A stretch of 64,000 nucleotides of DNA from the human T2T-CHM13v2.0 reference genome, Homo sapiens: the NCBI RefSeq assembly GCF_009914755.1, contig NC_060937.1, one strand, 5' to 3'. Both the position numbers and the translations under genes were made by a program. The notes below the pieces were generated by a model, which searched no databases, was not told where the DNA came from, and saw only the letters and a list, made by a program, of their open reading frames with translations. This document shows, in pieces, positions 41,501 through 54,831 of this stretch. The first letter of the stretch is position 1; every line of letters begins with the position of its first letter.

Positions 41501-43888
41501 GTCTCTATCTCCTTCAATTCTGCTCTGATCTTATTTGTGTCTTGTCTTCTGCTAGCTTTTGAATTTGTTTGTTCTTGCTTCTCTAGTTCTTTTAATTTTC
41601 ATGTTAAGGTGTCAATTTTAGATCTTTCCTGCTTTCTCTTGTGGACATTTAGTGCTATAAATTTCCCTCTACACACTGCTTTAAATGTGTCCCAGAGATT
41701 CTGGGACGTTGTGTCTTTGTTCTCATTGGTTTCGAAGAACATTTTTATTTCTGCCCTCAATTCTTTATTTACCCAGTAGTCATTCAGGATCAGGTTACCC
41801 AGTTTCCATGTAGTTGTGAGGTTTTGAGTGAGTTTCTTAATCCTGCATACTAATTTGAATGCATTGCGGTCTGAGAGACTGTTTGTTATGATTTCCATTC
41901 TTTTGCATTTCCTGAGGAGAGTTTTACTTCCAATTATGTGGTCAATTTTAGAATAAGTGCAATGTGGTGCTGAGAAGAAGGTATATTCTATTGATTTGGG
42001 GTGGAGAGTTCTGTAGATATCTTTTAGGTCCCCTTGGTCCAGAACTGAGTTCAAGTCCTGGATATTCTTGTTAATTTTCTGTCTCATTGATCTAATATTG
42101 ACAGTGGAGTGTTAAAGTCTCCCACTATTATTGTGTGGGAGTCTAAGTCTCTTTGTAGGTCTTTAAGAACTTGCTTTATGAATCTGAGTGCTCCTGTATT
42201 GGGTGCATATATGTCTAGGATAGTTAGCTCTTCTTGTTGCATTGATCCCTTTACCATTATGTAGTGCCCTTCTTTGTCTCTTTTGATCTCTGTTGGCTTA
42301 AGATCTGTTTTATCAGAAACTAGGATTGCAACCCCCGCCTTTTGTTGCTTTCCACTTGCTTGGTAAATGTTCCTCCATCCCTTTATTTTGAGCCTATGTG
42401 TATGAGATGGGTCTCCTGAGTACAGCACATTGATGGGTCTTGACTCTTTATCCAATTTGCCAGTCTGTGTCTTTCAATTGGGGGCATTTAGCTCATTTAC
42501 ATTTAAGGTTAATATTGTTATGTATGAATTTGATCCTGTCATTATGATACTAGCTGGTTATTTTGCTCATTAGTTGATGCAGATTTTTCATAGTGTCAAT
42601 GGTCTGTATAATTTGTTATGTTTTTGCAGTGGCTGTTACCAGTTGTTCCTTTCCATGTTTAGTGCTTCCTTCAGGAGCTCTTGTAAGGCAGGCCTGGTGG
42701 TGACAATATCTCTCAGCATTTGCTTGTAAAGGATTTTATTTCTACTTCAATTATGAAGCTTAGTTTGCCTGGATATGAAATTCTGGCTTGAAAATTCTTT
42801 TCTTTAGGAATGTTGTATATTGGCCGCCACTCTCTTCTGGCTTGTAGGCTTTCTGCCAAGAGATCCACTGTTAGTCTGATGGGCTTCCCTTTGTGGGTAA
42901 CTCAACCTTTCTCTCTGGATGCCCTTTATATTTTTTCCTTCATTTCAACCTTGGTGAATCTGATGATTTTTTGTCTTGGGGTTGCTCTTCTTGAGGAATA
43001 TCTTAGTGGTGTTCTCTGTATTTCCTGAATTTGAATGTTGGCCTGTCTTGCTAGGTTGGGGAAGTTCTCCTGGATAATATCCTTGAGAGTGTTTTCCAAC
43101 TTGGTTCCATTCTCTCTGTCACTTTCAGGTACACGAATCAAACATAGATTCAGTGTTTTAACATATTCCTCTATTTCTTGGAGGCTTTGTTCATTTCTTT
43201 CACTCTTTTTTCTCGAATCTTTTCTTCTTGCTTTATTTCATTGAGTTGATCTTCAATCTCTGATATTCTTTCTCCTGCTTGATTGATTCAGCTATTGATA
43301 CTTGTGTATGCTTCATGAAGTTCTTGTGCTGGGTTTTTCAGCTCCATCAGTTCATTTATATTCTTCTCTAAACTGGTTATTCTAGTTAACAATTCATCCT
43401 ACCTTTTTTTTTCAGGCTCTTAGCTTCCTTGCATTGGGTTAGAACACGCTCCTTTAGCTTGGAGGAGTTTGTTATTACCCGCCTTCTGAAGCCTACTTCT
43501 GTCAATCCATCAAACTCATTGTCTGTCCAGTTTTGTTCCCTTGCTGGTGGGGAGTTGTGATCTTCTGGAGGAGAAGAGGCATTCTGGCTTTTGGAGTTTT
43601 CGCCTTTTTGCACTGGTTTCTCCCCATCTTTGTGGATTTATCTACCTTTGGTCTTTGATGTTGGTGATGTTGATACTATTCCTTTATGTTTGTTAGTTTT
43701 CCTTCTACCAGTCAGGTCCCTCTGCTGCAGGTTTGCTCGAGTTTGCTGGAGGTCCACTCCAGACCCTGTTTGCCTGGGTATCACCAGTGGAGGCTCAGTT
43801 GGAAATGCATGAACCACCTGCCTTCTGTGTTGATCCCACTGGGTGCTGCAGACCGGAGCTGTTCCTATTCAGACATCTTGCCAGCTCT
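38598..43888 (-). mobile_element. L1PA6/L1PA7-type LINE-1 with both ends, ORF1/ORF2 disrupted, spliced 5'UTR
   Basis: ORF2 pieces 38989..42455 and ORF1 pieces 42926..43613. 5' end GCAAGATGTCTGAATAGGAACAGCTCCGGTC. TSD TCTGTAATA[A/C]TTTT at 38584-38597 and 43889-43902. Confidence 0.95.
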
Positions 43889-44673
43889 TCTGTAATACTT
43901 TTATGAATGGGTGTAGTCCTATCTTCTCAAGGTCCCCAAATAACTTGAGGTTCCTGGGCCCGTCAGAAAGTGACATTCTTTACTTCTTACCACAAGGACA
44001 GCAACTTTGTAAAGGACCCTTGTAGACAAGACACCAAGCCAGTCATTCTAAGGGGCTTTGCATTGGTGCTATAAAGTCAAGCTCAATTCCTTAAAGTGGT
44101 CTGGTTGTATCTGCTGTTCGAGTTAAAGCCTTGATAAAACAAACAGTGTCTCCAATTGAATCCTGTTACCAAAAATAGATTCTTATTGAAATTATGCAAA
44201 TAATTATATTGCCATAATTTAGGAATGCTCACGAATGGCTTCTGAATTCTGGAGAAATCAGTTAGAGAGACAGATAAATGGCTCAAATTTTTGTTCACAA
44301 TGTAGTTTTTCTAACGTAGGGTAAGTTAAAAATAGCTGAAAAGAAAAAAAATTCTTGACTTTGGAAAACAAAACATAAAGAGAATCAACAATGTTTCCAA
44401 TGGAAGGGCCATGAATAAAATCTTTTCCTTCTTTTATAAGTTCAGTCCAATGTAACTAAATCTTGTTCTGCTTGATTTCAAATAGCAATTCTCATTCAGT
44501 TTTTTGTGTTTTGCTTGATTTCAATTGGAAATTCTCATTCAGCTTTTTAGAGTCCTGGAAGATTTTCCTAGTCCAATGGTATGATCCCCAAAGTTATCTG
44601 AAACCATATTTAAGAGAACTTGTCAGAGTCCTTTCCATTAAAAATAATTTAGATGATAGCTGATTGTAAAGGC

Positions 44674-45019
44674 TTTTTTATTTTTTTTGAGACATGGTCT
44701 GGTTCTATCACTCAGGATGGAGTGCAGTGGCATGATCTTGGCTCACCACAATTTCTCCCTCCCAAACTCAAGCCATCCTCCTACCTCAGCCTCCGAAGTA
44801 GTTGGGACCATAGGCATGCACCATCATGCTGGCTAATTTTTGTATTTTTGTAGAGACAGGGTTTTACCATGTTGCCCAGGATGCTTTCAAACTTCTGAGT
44901 TCAAGCAATTCACCCACCTCGGCCTTGCAAAGTGCTGGGATTTTTACACATGTGAGCCACCGTGCCCTGCACCACGCCCAGCACCGTGCCCTGCACAGCC
45001 TCCAGCAGCACGCCCAGCC
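44674..45019 (-). mobile_element. Alu (AluJ-like) with reiterated head
   Basis: Antisense Alu ending in CACCGTGCCCTGC / CACGCCCAGC reiterations. Confidence 0.85.
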
Positions 45020-45390
45020 TGTAAAGGGTTTTAGAGAAGAACTTTAAACAATCACTGTGGATGACAAAAACTTAGAATATCCTTTGGTTAAAATCCAGTG
45101 GAAGTTCTTGACCTGCGAGAAAATTTAGTTATTTCTATTATATGTAGCATTTTAAGATAACAGCCAGAATCATGACTGACGGCAACACATCAGATCCATC
45201 AGACTTCCACAAATTTTATATAATCTTTAGAATATTTATATTAATAATATATCTATACATATACAACTTTAGAGAATATTTAACATCATCAAAATTATGA
45301 CTGATACCATATTAGATTTTTATAATTTATATAACATTTAAAATATTTATATTAATAATATACCTATAAATGTAACCAAAAGAAGATTTA

Positions 45391-45684
45391 GGCCAGGCAC
45401 AGTGGCTCATGTCTGTAATCCCAACACTTTGGGAGGCCAAGTTGGACAGATCATCAGAGGTCAGGAGTTTGACACCAGCCTGGCCAACATGGAGAAATCT
45501 TGTTTCTACTAAAAATACAAAATTAGCCGGGCGTGGTGGCATGTGTCTGTAGTCTCAGCTACTTGGGAGGTTGAGGCAGGAGAATCGCTTGAACCTTGGG
45601 GCAGAGGTTGCAATGGACCTAGATCACGCCACTGCACTCCAGCCTGGGTGACAAAGCAAGATTGTGTCTCAGAGAAAAAAAAAA
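45391..45684 (+). mobile_element. Alu (AluS)
   Basis: Sense Alu; flanking duplication AAAAGAAGATTTA. Confidence 0.95.
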
Positions 45685-45802
45685 GAAGATTTAGTGTTAC
45701 TTATCTTTTGGCAATGCTTCCCATACAATGTTATCAAATAAGATTTAGCAAAGATGTCAAAAAATTGAAAACATTTGACCAAAACAGAATGACAGTTTAT
45801 TG

Positions 45803-46105
45803 TTTTTTATTTTATTATTTTTTTGAGACAGGGTCTCACCCTGTTGCCCAGGCTGGAGTGCAGTGGTGAAATCATGGCTCACTGCAGCCTCAACCTCCCA
45901 GGCTCAGGTGATCCTCCACCTTAGTATCCCAAGTAGCCAGGACTATGAGCACTTGTTATGACACATAGCTAGCTTTTGTATTTTCAGTAGAGATGCGGTT
46001 TTGCCATTTTGCCCAGGCTGGACTTGAACTCCTGGGCTCAAGTGATCCACCCACCTTGGCCTCCCAAAGGGCCGGAATTACAGACAAGAGCCGCTGCACA
46101 CAGCC
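45803..46105 (-). mobile_element. Alu (AluJ-like)
   Basis: Antisense Alu dimer. Confidence 0.9.
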
Positions 46106-47277
46106 ACATGTCATTTTTAAATAACAGTCATTCATTTAATTAGCATGACAACCAAAAGACATCAAAAGCAACGTAGAAGGTTACATGGATGTGATAACTG
46201 AAAACCCTCAGTTTTCCCAAGTAATTAAAAAAAAAATAAAGGCAACACATGGATTATCTTGATAAAACCTAAAATCTTTATTACAGGCCAGTCATTTAAA
46301 GGGTAAAACTCCTGTGGCATAACTGTGTCTTCTTACAGGAAACTAATTTAAATCACTTGGAAGTCAATTCCGATGACAAGGAGACTTGAATTTAATTAGA
46401 CATAGAAAGAGTGTGTCCAGGGTCATGAGTGAGCATAATATTACAAAGGAATGTAAACAGGAAAACCAGAGCATAGAGCAGTGGGGATCCATAGCTCACA
46501 ATGATAGCAAGAAAGTTTCCTGGTTACATGAAGTAATTAAGACATATTTAAAAGCCAAGAGTATAAAATTAGACCTGATGAAAAAGCTGAAGGAGTTATC
46601 ATCCCAGCCAAGCAGGAAACCCAAGCCTTTTATTCCTTCTCAAGAAGGAACAGGAGACAGTGATGTGATCTGTGAGTCATGTGTAACATGAAAGTACAGG
46701 AAAAGTTGAACTTCTGATATACAAATCTGAAAAGTTTTTATAGTAACAGATTTCAGGATTAAAAGTCAATATTTATTACCTCTTATTATGAGCAAATAAA
46801 TACATTAAGAAAACCTTGTTGTTTTAACCAAAATTTTTAGTTTTTTATCGCTGTTTTTAATATTATAGCTAATTTAAATAAACTTTATAAACAATCTATC
46901 TGATCTCAATCAGTTTTGGCCTCGATGTAAGATTTACATAAACTTTTAATAACCTTCTATAATTTTTTCATCTTTCCCAACTTTTTATACACATGTAGTT
47001 TTATCTATCTTTTTTATTCCTTCAATTTAAAATAATCCTTAAAAATCTCTAAGCGAATTTACTTTCTCTGAAACAAAAACCGGTATACATTTTGCATACA
47101 GAATTGTTTCTCTTGTATCTAGTAGTCTTAATCACACATATCTAGCAAGATATTAACACTTAGTAACCCTTATTTTAATAAAAAACCTAGGAAGCAAGAA
47201 ATCTGGAATTGTCATATAGCAGTATCTTACATATGAGAATAATTTCATAATTTAGAATTATGTGTTCCTAAAACATA

Positions 47278-47568
<291 letters not shown>

Positions 47569-47654
47569 TAAAACATAAGTTTTAAATTGGAAATAACCCA
47601 GATATTTAATGAGTATCTATTATTTAATTTAACATAACTAAAATTTCAAAAATA

Positions 47655-47925
47655 GGCTGGGCATGGTGGCTCACACCTGTAATCCCAACACTTTAGGAGG
47701 CCTAGGCAGGAGTATCATGAAACCAGCCTGAGCAAAATAGTGAGAGGCTGACTCTACAAAAAAAAATAAAAGTTAGCTGACCATGGTGGTGTATGCCTGT
47801 AATTAACAGCTACATGGGAGGCTGAGGTGGGAGGATCCCTTGAGCGCAGAAGGTCAAGGTTGCAGTGAGCTGTGATCATGCCACTGCACTTCAGCATGGG
47901 TGACAGACAGAGACACTGTCTCAAA
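47655..47925 (+). mobile_element. Alu (AluJ-like)
   Basis: Sense Alu; flanking duplication AATTTCAAAAATA. Confidence 0.9.
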
Positions 47926-48413
47926 AGAATTTCAAAAATACATTAAGATATCTTGTATAGACATTTATCCATTTACATTTACTTATTTTTGACAGTTTAT
48001 CTAGAGTATTTGTGAGAACTGAGGTATTAGACAAAGCTAGTCATCATTTCTAGGTTATTTTCTTGTTAACCATGTTATAGCCTGTGAATATCAGGTGTTC
48101 ACGTAAGTGAGGACTTCAAAGTTAAATACATGGGTATTTTACCAATAACTCAGAAAATTCCATTATTTTTGTTCAACAAACCATATTAAATTGGTCTTAT
48201 GTATTTAAAAAATCACATAAACAAATATTCTTTTTTCCTGTGTTTATAGCTTTATAACCTTCATGCCAAACCCTAGCACCTTAAAATATCTAGCAAATGT
48301 AAATATAAAACACAGTCAAAAATGTATGCTGACAAGTCTGAAGAGATTTCTATTTTCTATTTTTATTTTATCAATACTTTTTAAATTATTTGTATTTATA
48401 AAAGAACTCTTTT

Positions 48414-48725
<312 letters not shown>

Positions 48726-48971
48726 TAAAGAATTGTTTCATTCTTTTGTTTTTCTTCAGCCAAGTGACCTTGAATTAGTAACACCACAGACAGTAAGTCT
48801 TATCTCAACACCAGTAGACAAATCAGCAGATTCAAAGTAGGCAGGGAAAAAAAAAATAGATAGGCAAAAGAACTGAGACTTTTTCACTTTAGGGTTTTTA
48901 AAAATAGTAACTATTTGAGTTCTGAATTTTCTTTCATGTAATTTGGCCATCAGGTTTAAAGTGTGCACTAG

Positions 48972-49582
<611 letters not shown>

Positions 49583-49626
<44 letters not shown>

Positions 49627-49628
49627 TG
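49583..49628. repeat. (TG)n microsatellite
   Basis: About 22 TG units with one interruption. Confidence 0.95.
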
Positions 49629-50343
49629 GCTAGAATGGTCCATAATATATAGCCAGCTCGAGTCCCAGAAAACCTAGCAAGCTTAAGGTTAGAGCTTCTC
49701 ATTTTGGCCTTTTCAAGATTAAATCTCCTTTAGTAGGCCCTTCCCCTCTAGGGAGGTACTTGCCGGAGTGCTGCCTGAAGTTGGTTTTCTGATGCCCTGT
49801 TGTTTCTGTTCTGAATGGTTTATTTCTCATTATAAGAGCTCAGCAAAGCAGGCAGAGTTAAAAAGCAGAGACATGAAGGCTTTAAAATCATGGACTTCAC
49901 TCCTACACTGAATCTCAGGTCCCCAGAAAGACAGAAACACCATGGGACCACAGCAAAGGCAGAAGGAGGAGTGAGAGAGGGAGGTGGACAGAACAACAAA
50001 CAGGAGTTGGCTCTCATTTTTTCACGCGTGCCATTTTCTTTAGGTTTTTCTAGTTTATGGAGTCTCTTTGTTCCAATTGAGCACACAGATAAACTAGAGA
50101 TCTCACAAGGCTTTTGCTGAGAACATCAAAGCCTTTAACCTCTGTTGGGCCAAATATTTAGACCAAAAATACAGACAGACACACAAAAGCCAGAACCGGA
50201 CCAGATTGAGTAGCTTAGTGGCTACAGCCTTTATTCCCTTTATTCTTTAGGATACGAACTCAAACCAGATTCAGGGTTCTAACCCAACCAGGACCCCCCT
50301 GGGGTGAAACTGAAACCCCACAGTCTAGACAAGGTTGGGGGTC

Positions 50344-50644
<301 letters not shown>

Positions 50645-50763
50645 TGCTTGTTCTTTTCATTTCATCCTGATCTCCGAATACAGGAGAGTAGCTGATTTGG
50701 TGTTCACTAACAAGCACAGAAGCTTTGTTACATTTACAGTGTCATTCTTGGCAAAACCTGAAG
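50645..50763 (-). repeat. Inverted copy of 18064-18182 (119 bp)
   Basis: The reverse complement aligns without gaps to 18064-18182, with 8 mismatches by manual count. Confidence 0.95.
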
Positions 50764-50766
50764 TTT

Positions 50767-50980
50767 TGCCTCCTGGATTCACGCCATTCTCCTGCCTCAG
50801 CCTCCTGAGTAGCTGGGACTATAGGCGCCCGCCACCTCACCCAGCTAATTTTTTGTATTTTTAGTAGAGACGGGGTTTTGCCGTGTTAGCCAGGATGGTC
50901 TCGATCTCCTGACCTTGTGATCCGCCCACCTCGGCCTTCCAGAGTGCTGGGATTACAGGCGTGAGCCACCGCGCCCAGCC
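50767..50980 (-). mobile_element. AluY-like, lacking its 3' ~70 bp and tail
   Basis: Head GGCTGGGCGCGG at 50980; breaks off after GGCGTGAATCCAGGAGGC. Confidence 0.9.
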
Positions 50981-53900
50981 AGAAGCTCTAATTTCAATGA
51001 TGATTGTGCTTTTTCTCTCTTCCTCAGCATCTGGCTCATGATAAAATTTCAGGTGTCTTGATGGTATCTAAATCAGTTGTTGATTCAGTCCTGGAGAAAC
51101 ACAAGCATAACCTCTATGCCAAGTTATAATTTTACCTATTTCCCAACTTTTTGTTATTGGATCTCTCCACCAAACCAGTTGGTCTGCTTCTGTCTTTGCA
51201 GCTGGTTTCTGTAGATGCTGTTCAGCTGCTGGTAACATCTGGCCTTTGGGCAGGCTCAAAAATTTGAAAGTTAATAATGCAAGATTCAATTGTGTATGGG
51301 CTATCCCATAATCCCTGTTTCTCCCCCGTTTTTGTTTTTATTATCAGTTGTTCATCTGTATCAAATCTTAACTGAGCATTTTCAATTAACTGTGTGGAAT
51401 GACCCATGTATGAAGAATCAGAAATCACATTAACAGGCATATCAAAAGCAGTCAACACCTCAATTACAGCTACAAGCTCCGCCTTTTGAGCTGAAGTATA
51501 GGGTGTCTGGAAAACTTTAGCTTTTGATCCAGAATAAGAACCTTTACCATTACTAGACCCATCTGTGAAACAATGAAAACGCTTAGCAGGCTGCAGGTTG
51601 TTTACTGCAGGAATTGTAAATGCAAACCGTTCACAGTCTTGCTCAGCTAAAAGGATAGTAAAGAAACAGTCTTTTAAATCTGTGATTATTAAAGGCCAAT
51701 TTTTTGGAATTATAGTAGAGAAGGGAATCCTGGCTGTTATATTTCCATAGGTTGTATAACTGAATTGATGGCTCTTAAGTCAGTTAACATTCTCCATTTA
51801 CCTGATTTTTTCTTAATTATGAAAACTGGAGAATTCCAAGGGGAAAATGTTGGAGTCATGTGCCCATTTTCTAATTGTTCAGTAACTAATTTCTCTAAAG
51901 CATCCAGTTTCCCTTTGCTTAGCAGCCATTATTCTATCCAAATTGGCTTATCTGTTAACCATTTTAAAGGTATAGGTTCTGGAGGCTTAACTATGGCCAC
52001 CATCAAAAATGGTATCCTAATCTTTGGCAGGAACTTTGTCTTTCCGTTTGAAGCAGTTCTTTCAAACCTTGCAATTTTTTTTCTACTCCTATACCAGGGA
52101 AATGCCCCATTTTGTGCATCATATGTTGACTTTGAGGGCTGTATAATTGTTATGGAATTAGAACTTGTGCTCCCCATTGTCATAATAAATCTCTCCCCCA
52201 TAAATTTATAGGTACAGAAGTTGCAATTGGTTGAACAGTCCCAGGTTGTCCATTGGGCCCTTCACAATGCAAAGTATAGCTACTCTGATACACTTCTGGA
52301 GCTTTAGCAGTTTCCACTGTGTTAAATTGAGTGGGCTGAATTGGCCACATGGACGGCCAGTGCTGTAGAGAAATAATTGAAATGTCCACTCCTACCAAAA
52401 AAAAAAAAATAGTATCTACCAAACCTTTAAAGTTCTTTCCCTGGATAGTTATTTCACAGGTAGGATGTTTATCAGTAATTTGATTTACCCAATAAGCTGC
52501 CTTGCCTTTTTTATTTGTGCTTCCAAATCCTCCAGTTCATTTAATTTCACTTTTTCCCATTCCCACATACGGCTCACTCAGGAGCTGTGCTATGCGCACT
52601 CCTGGCTGTGCTTTCCAGGGAACAGAACTAAATATCACAATTTGAATTTCCTCATTGTAATCTGAATCAATGACTCCAGTGTGTATTTGTACCCCTTTTA
52701 AACTTAAACTAGACCTTCCTAAAAGTAATCCCATTGTCCCTCCTGGCAACGGTCCACAGACTCCTGTTGGGACCTTTTGCGGGGGTTCCCCAGGCAGAAG
52801 GCTCACAGCTTTTGTGCAGCATAGATCTACTGCAGCACTATGGGCTGTGGTGGGGAAAGATAACGTATGGGGGTGAGGGAATGGCCTGAGATGGAAATGC
52901 CCTGGTTTAGAACAGGGCCTGGGATGGGCCCCTCAGGGAGTTTTCCAAAATCGGGTTCCCTTCTTTATCAAACTTAGAGTGACACTGATTAGCCCAAAGT
53001 TTTCCTTTTTTACATTTTGGACATATTTCAGGATCAGCAGTTTTGTTTTTTCCCCTATCTGGTGGCCTGACTCGGTGATTTTTTTTTTTTACATTCTTTT
53101 TAGTATGACCATGCTTCCCACAGTTAAAACAAGCTCCAGGAAATAGAGTATTTCCTTTATCCACTCTCAGTCCTGCCATCGCCTGTGCCAACAAAGTAGC
53201 TTTATGTAGATTATCTCTGATATCATCACAGGCCTTGTTATAATCAACTAAATGTGCTTTCCCTCTGATAGGTCGCAGAGCAGCCTGGCAATAAGGATTA
53301 GCATTGTCAAAACCAATAACTGCAACACTATATCCTAAGCAGCCAAATCTGCAATCATCTTTTTAAGAGACTCCTGTAACCAAGCTATAAAATCCACATA
53401 TGGTTCTCTTGGTCCCTGTTTTATAGCACTAAAGGAAGGGTATTGTTCTCCACATGAAGTGATTTATTCCAAGCTCTAATGCACACTTCTCTAAGCTGTT
53501 CTATGGCATCATCCTGCATGACCACTTGTGCATGTAAACCAGCCCAGCCACCAACCCCCAAAAGTTGGTCTGCAGTTATATTAATTTGAGGTTGGGCCCA
53601 GGCATTGCGAGCAGCCTGAATGGAAGCTTCATCTGCCTACTAAGTTTTAAATTGTAAGAACTGAGCAGGAGTTAGACAAGCTAGAGTAAAAGTGTCCCAG
53701 TCAGTAGGAATCATCCGACTGGAAACAGCAACATTCTTTAACAGTCCCATTTCAAAAGGAGAACCTGGTCCATACTGATTTATAGCTTGTTTAATTTTTT
53801 TGAGTAATTTAAAAGGAAAAGGCTCAAATGTAGCTATAATATTTCCCTGTTGATCTGGGGGGTGTATTCAAACAGGGAACTGCCAAGCCTCTAAATCCCA

Positions 53901-54831
53901 CTTTTGTCTAGCTTGCTGTATTCCTGCCTGAATAGAACTAAGAGCAGTCGCTCAAGGCGCTGCTCGAACAGTCACCAGGGCAACTACTTTTCACCCAGTG
54001 TCCTCCAGAAAAGAAAGATCTGGAGGGTCGTTTTCTTCAAAATAGTAATGAGGGTGTGCAGAAGGATAGGGATGAACCTCTCCCTCCTTTTCTGCTTTAG
54101 CTTTAGGTGACAAATAAACCTGGTCTGTAACCTCTACTGTTACTTTGTTATACTCTCCTTCCTCCTCATCATCAGTGTGAAAAAGTTCCAAGGTAGAACG
54201 AACCACAGCCCACACTTGTCCTATTGCTACCCTGATGCTTCCGAGCTCCCCTTCTTACTCACCACGGGGATTGCTTTAAGAGTACTCGGGTGTCCTCCAG
54301 CTAGTTCCACATTCTCCAATCGTTGCTCCAGCGATCCTTTGACCTGTATTTGAGCCCCCATGAATGGGCACCACTTGCTGAGACCAGGTCGGTTGGAGAG
54401 ACCCTAACCCAGCAGCACTAGAGGAATTAAAGACACACACACAGAAATATAGAGGTGTGAAGTGGGAAATCGGGGGGGGGGGGCGGGTCTTACAGCCTTC
54501 AGAGCAGAGCCCTGAACAGAGATTTACCCACGTATTTATTAACAGCAAGCCAGTCATTAGCATTGTTTCTATAGATATTAGATTAACTAAAAGTATCCCT
54601 TATTCTTAAGGCACAGATCACTCATGCTATTGTTTGTGGCTTAAGAATGCCTTTAAGTGGTTTTCCACCCTGGACGGGCCAGGTATTCCTTGTTCTCATT
54701 CCAGTAAACCCACAACCTTCCAGCCTGGGTGTTATGGCCATCATGAACATGTCACAGTGCTGCAGAGATTTTGTTTATGGCCAGTTTTGGGGCCAGTTTA
54801 TGGCCAGATTTGGGGAGGCTTGTTCCCAACA
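50981..54831 (-). mobile_element. HERV-K(HML-3)/HERVK9 provirus: MER9 5' LTR (54376-54831), gag, pro, deleted pol; env and 3' LTR absent
   Basis: LTR starts TGTTGGGAACAAGCC on the minus strand; degenerate Lys-type PBS TGGTGCCCA; gag zinc knuckles (CFNCGKHGH, CPKCKKGKLWANQC); dUTPase/protease ORFs 52537..52806 and 52180..52422 (NLWGRDLL); RNase H FTDGS; integrase C-terminus WHRGYACVSPG. Confidence 0.85.

Noticed and set aside
38989-43613. Possibly active LINE-1
   Set aside because: ORF1 and ORF2 are split by many stops and frameshifts, there is a small deletion near 41315, and the 5'UTR promoter is largely missing.
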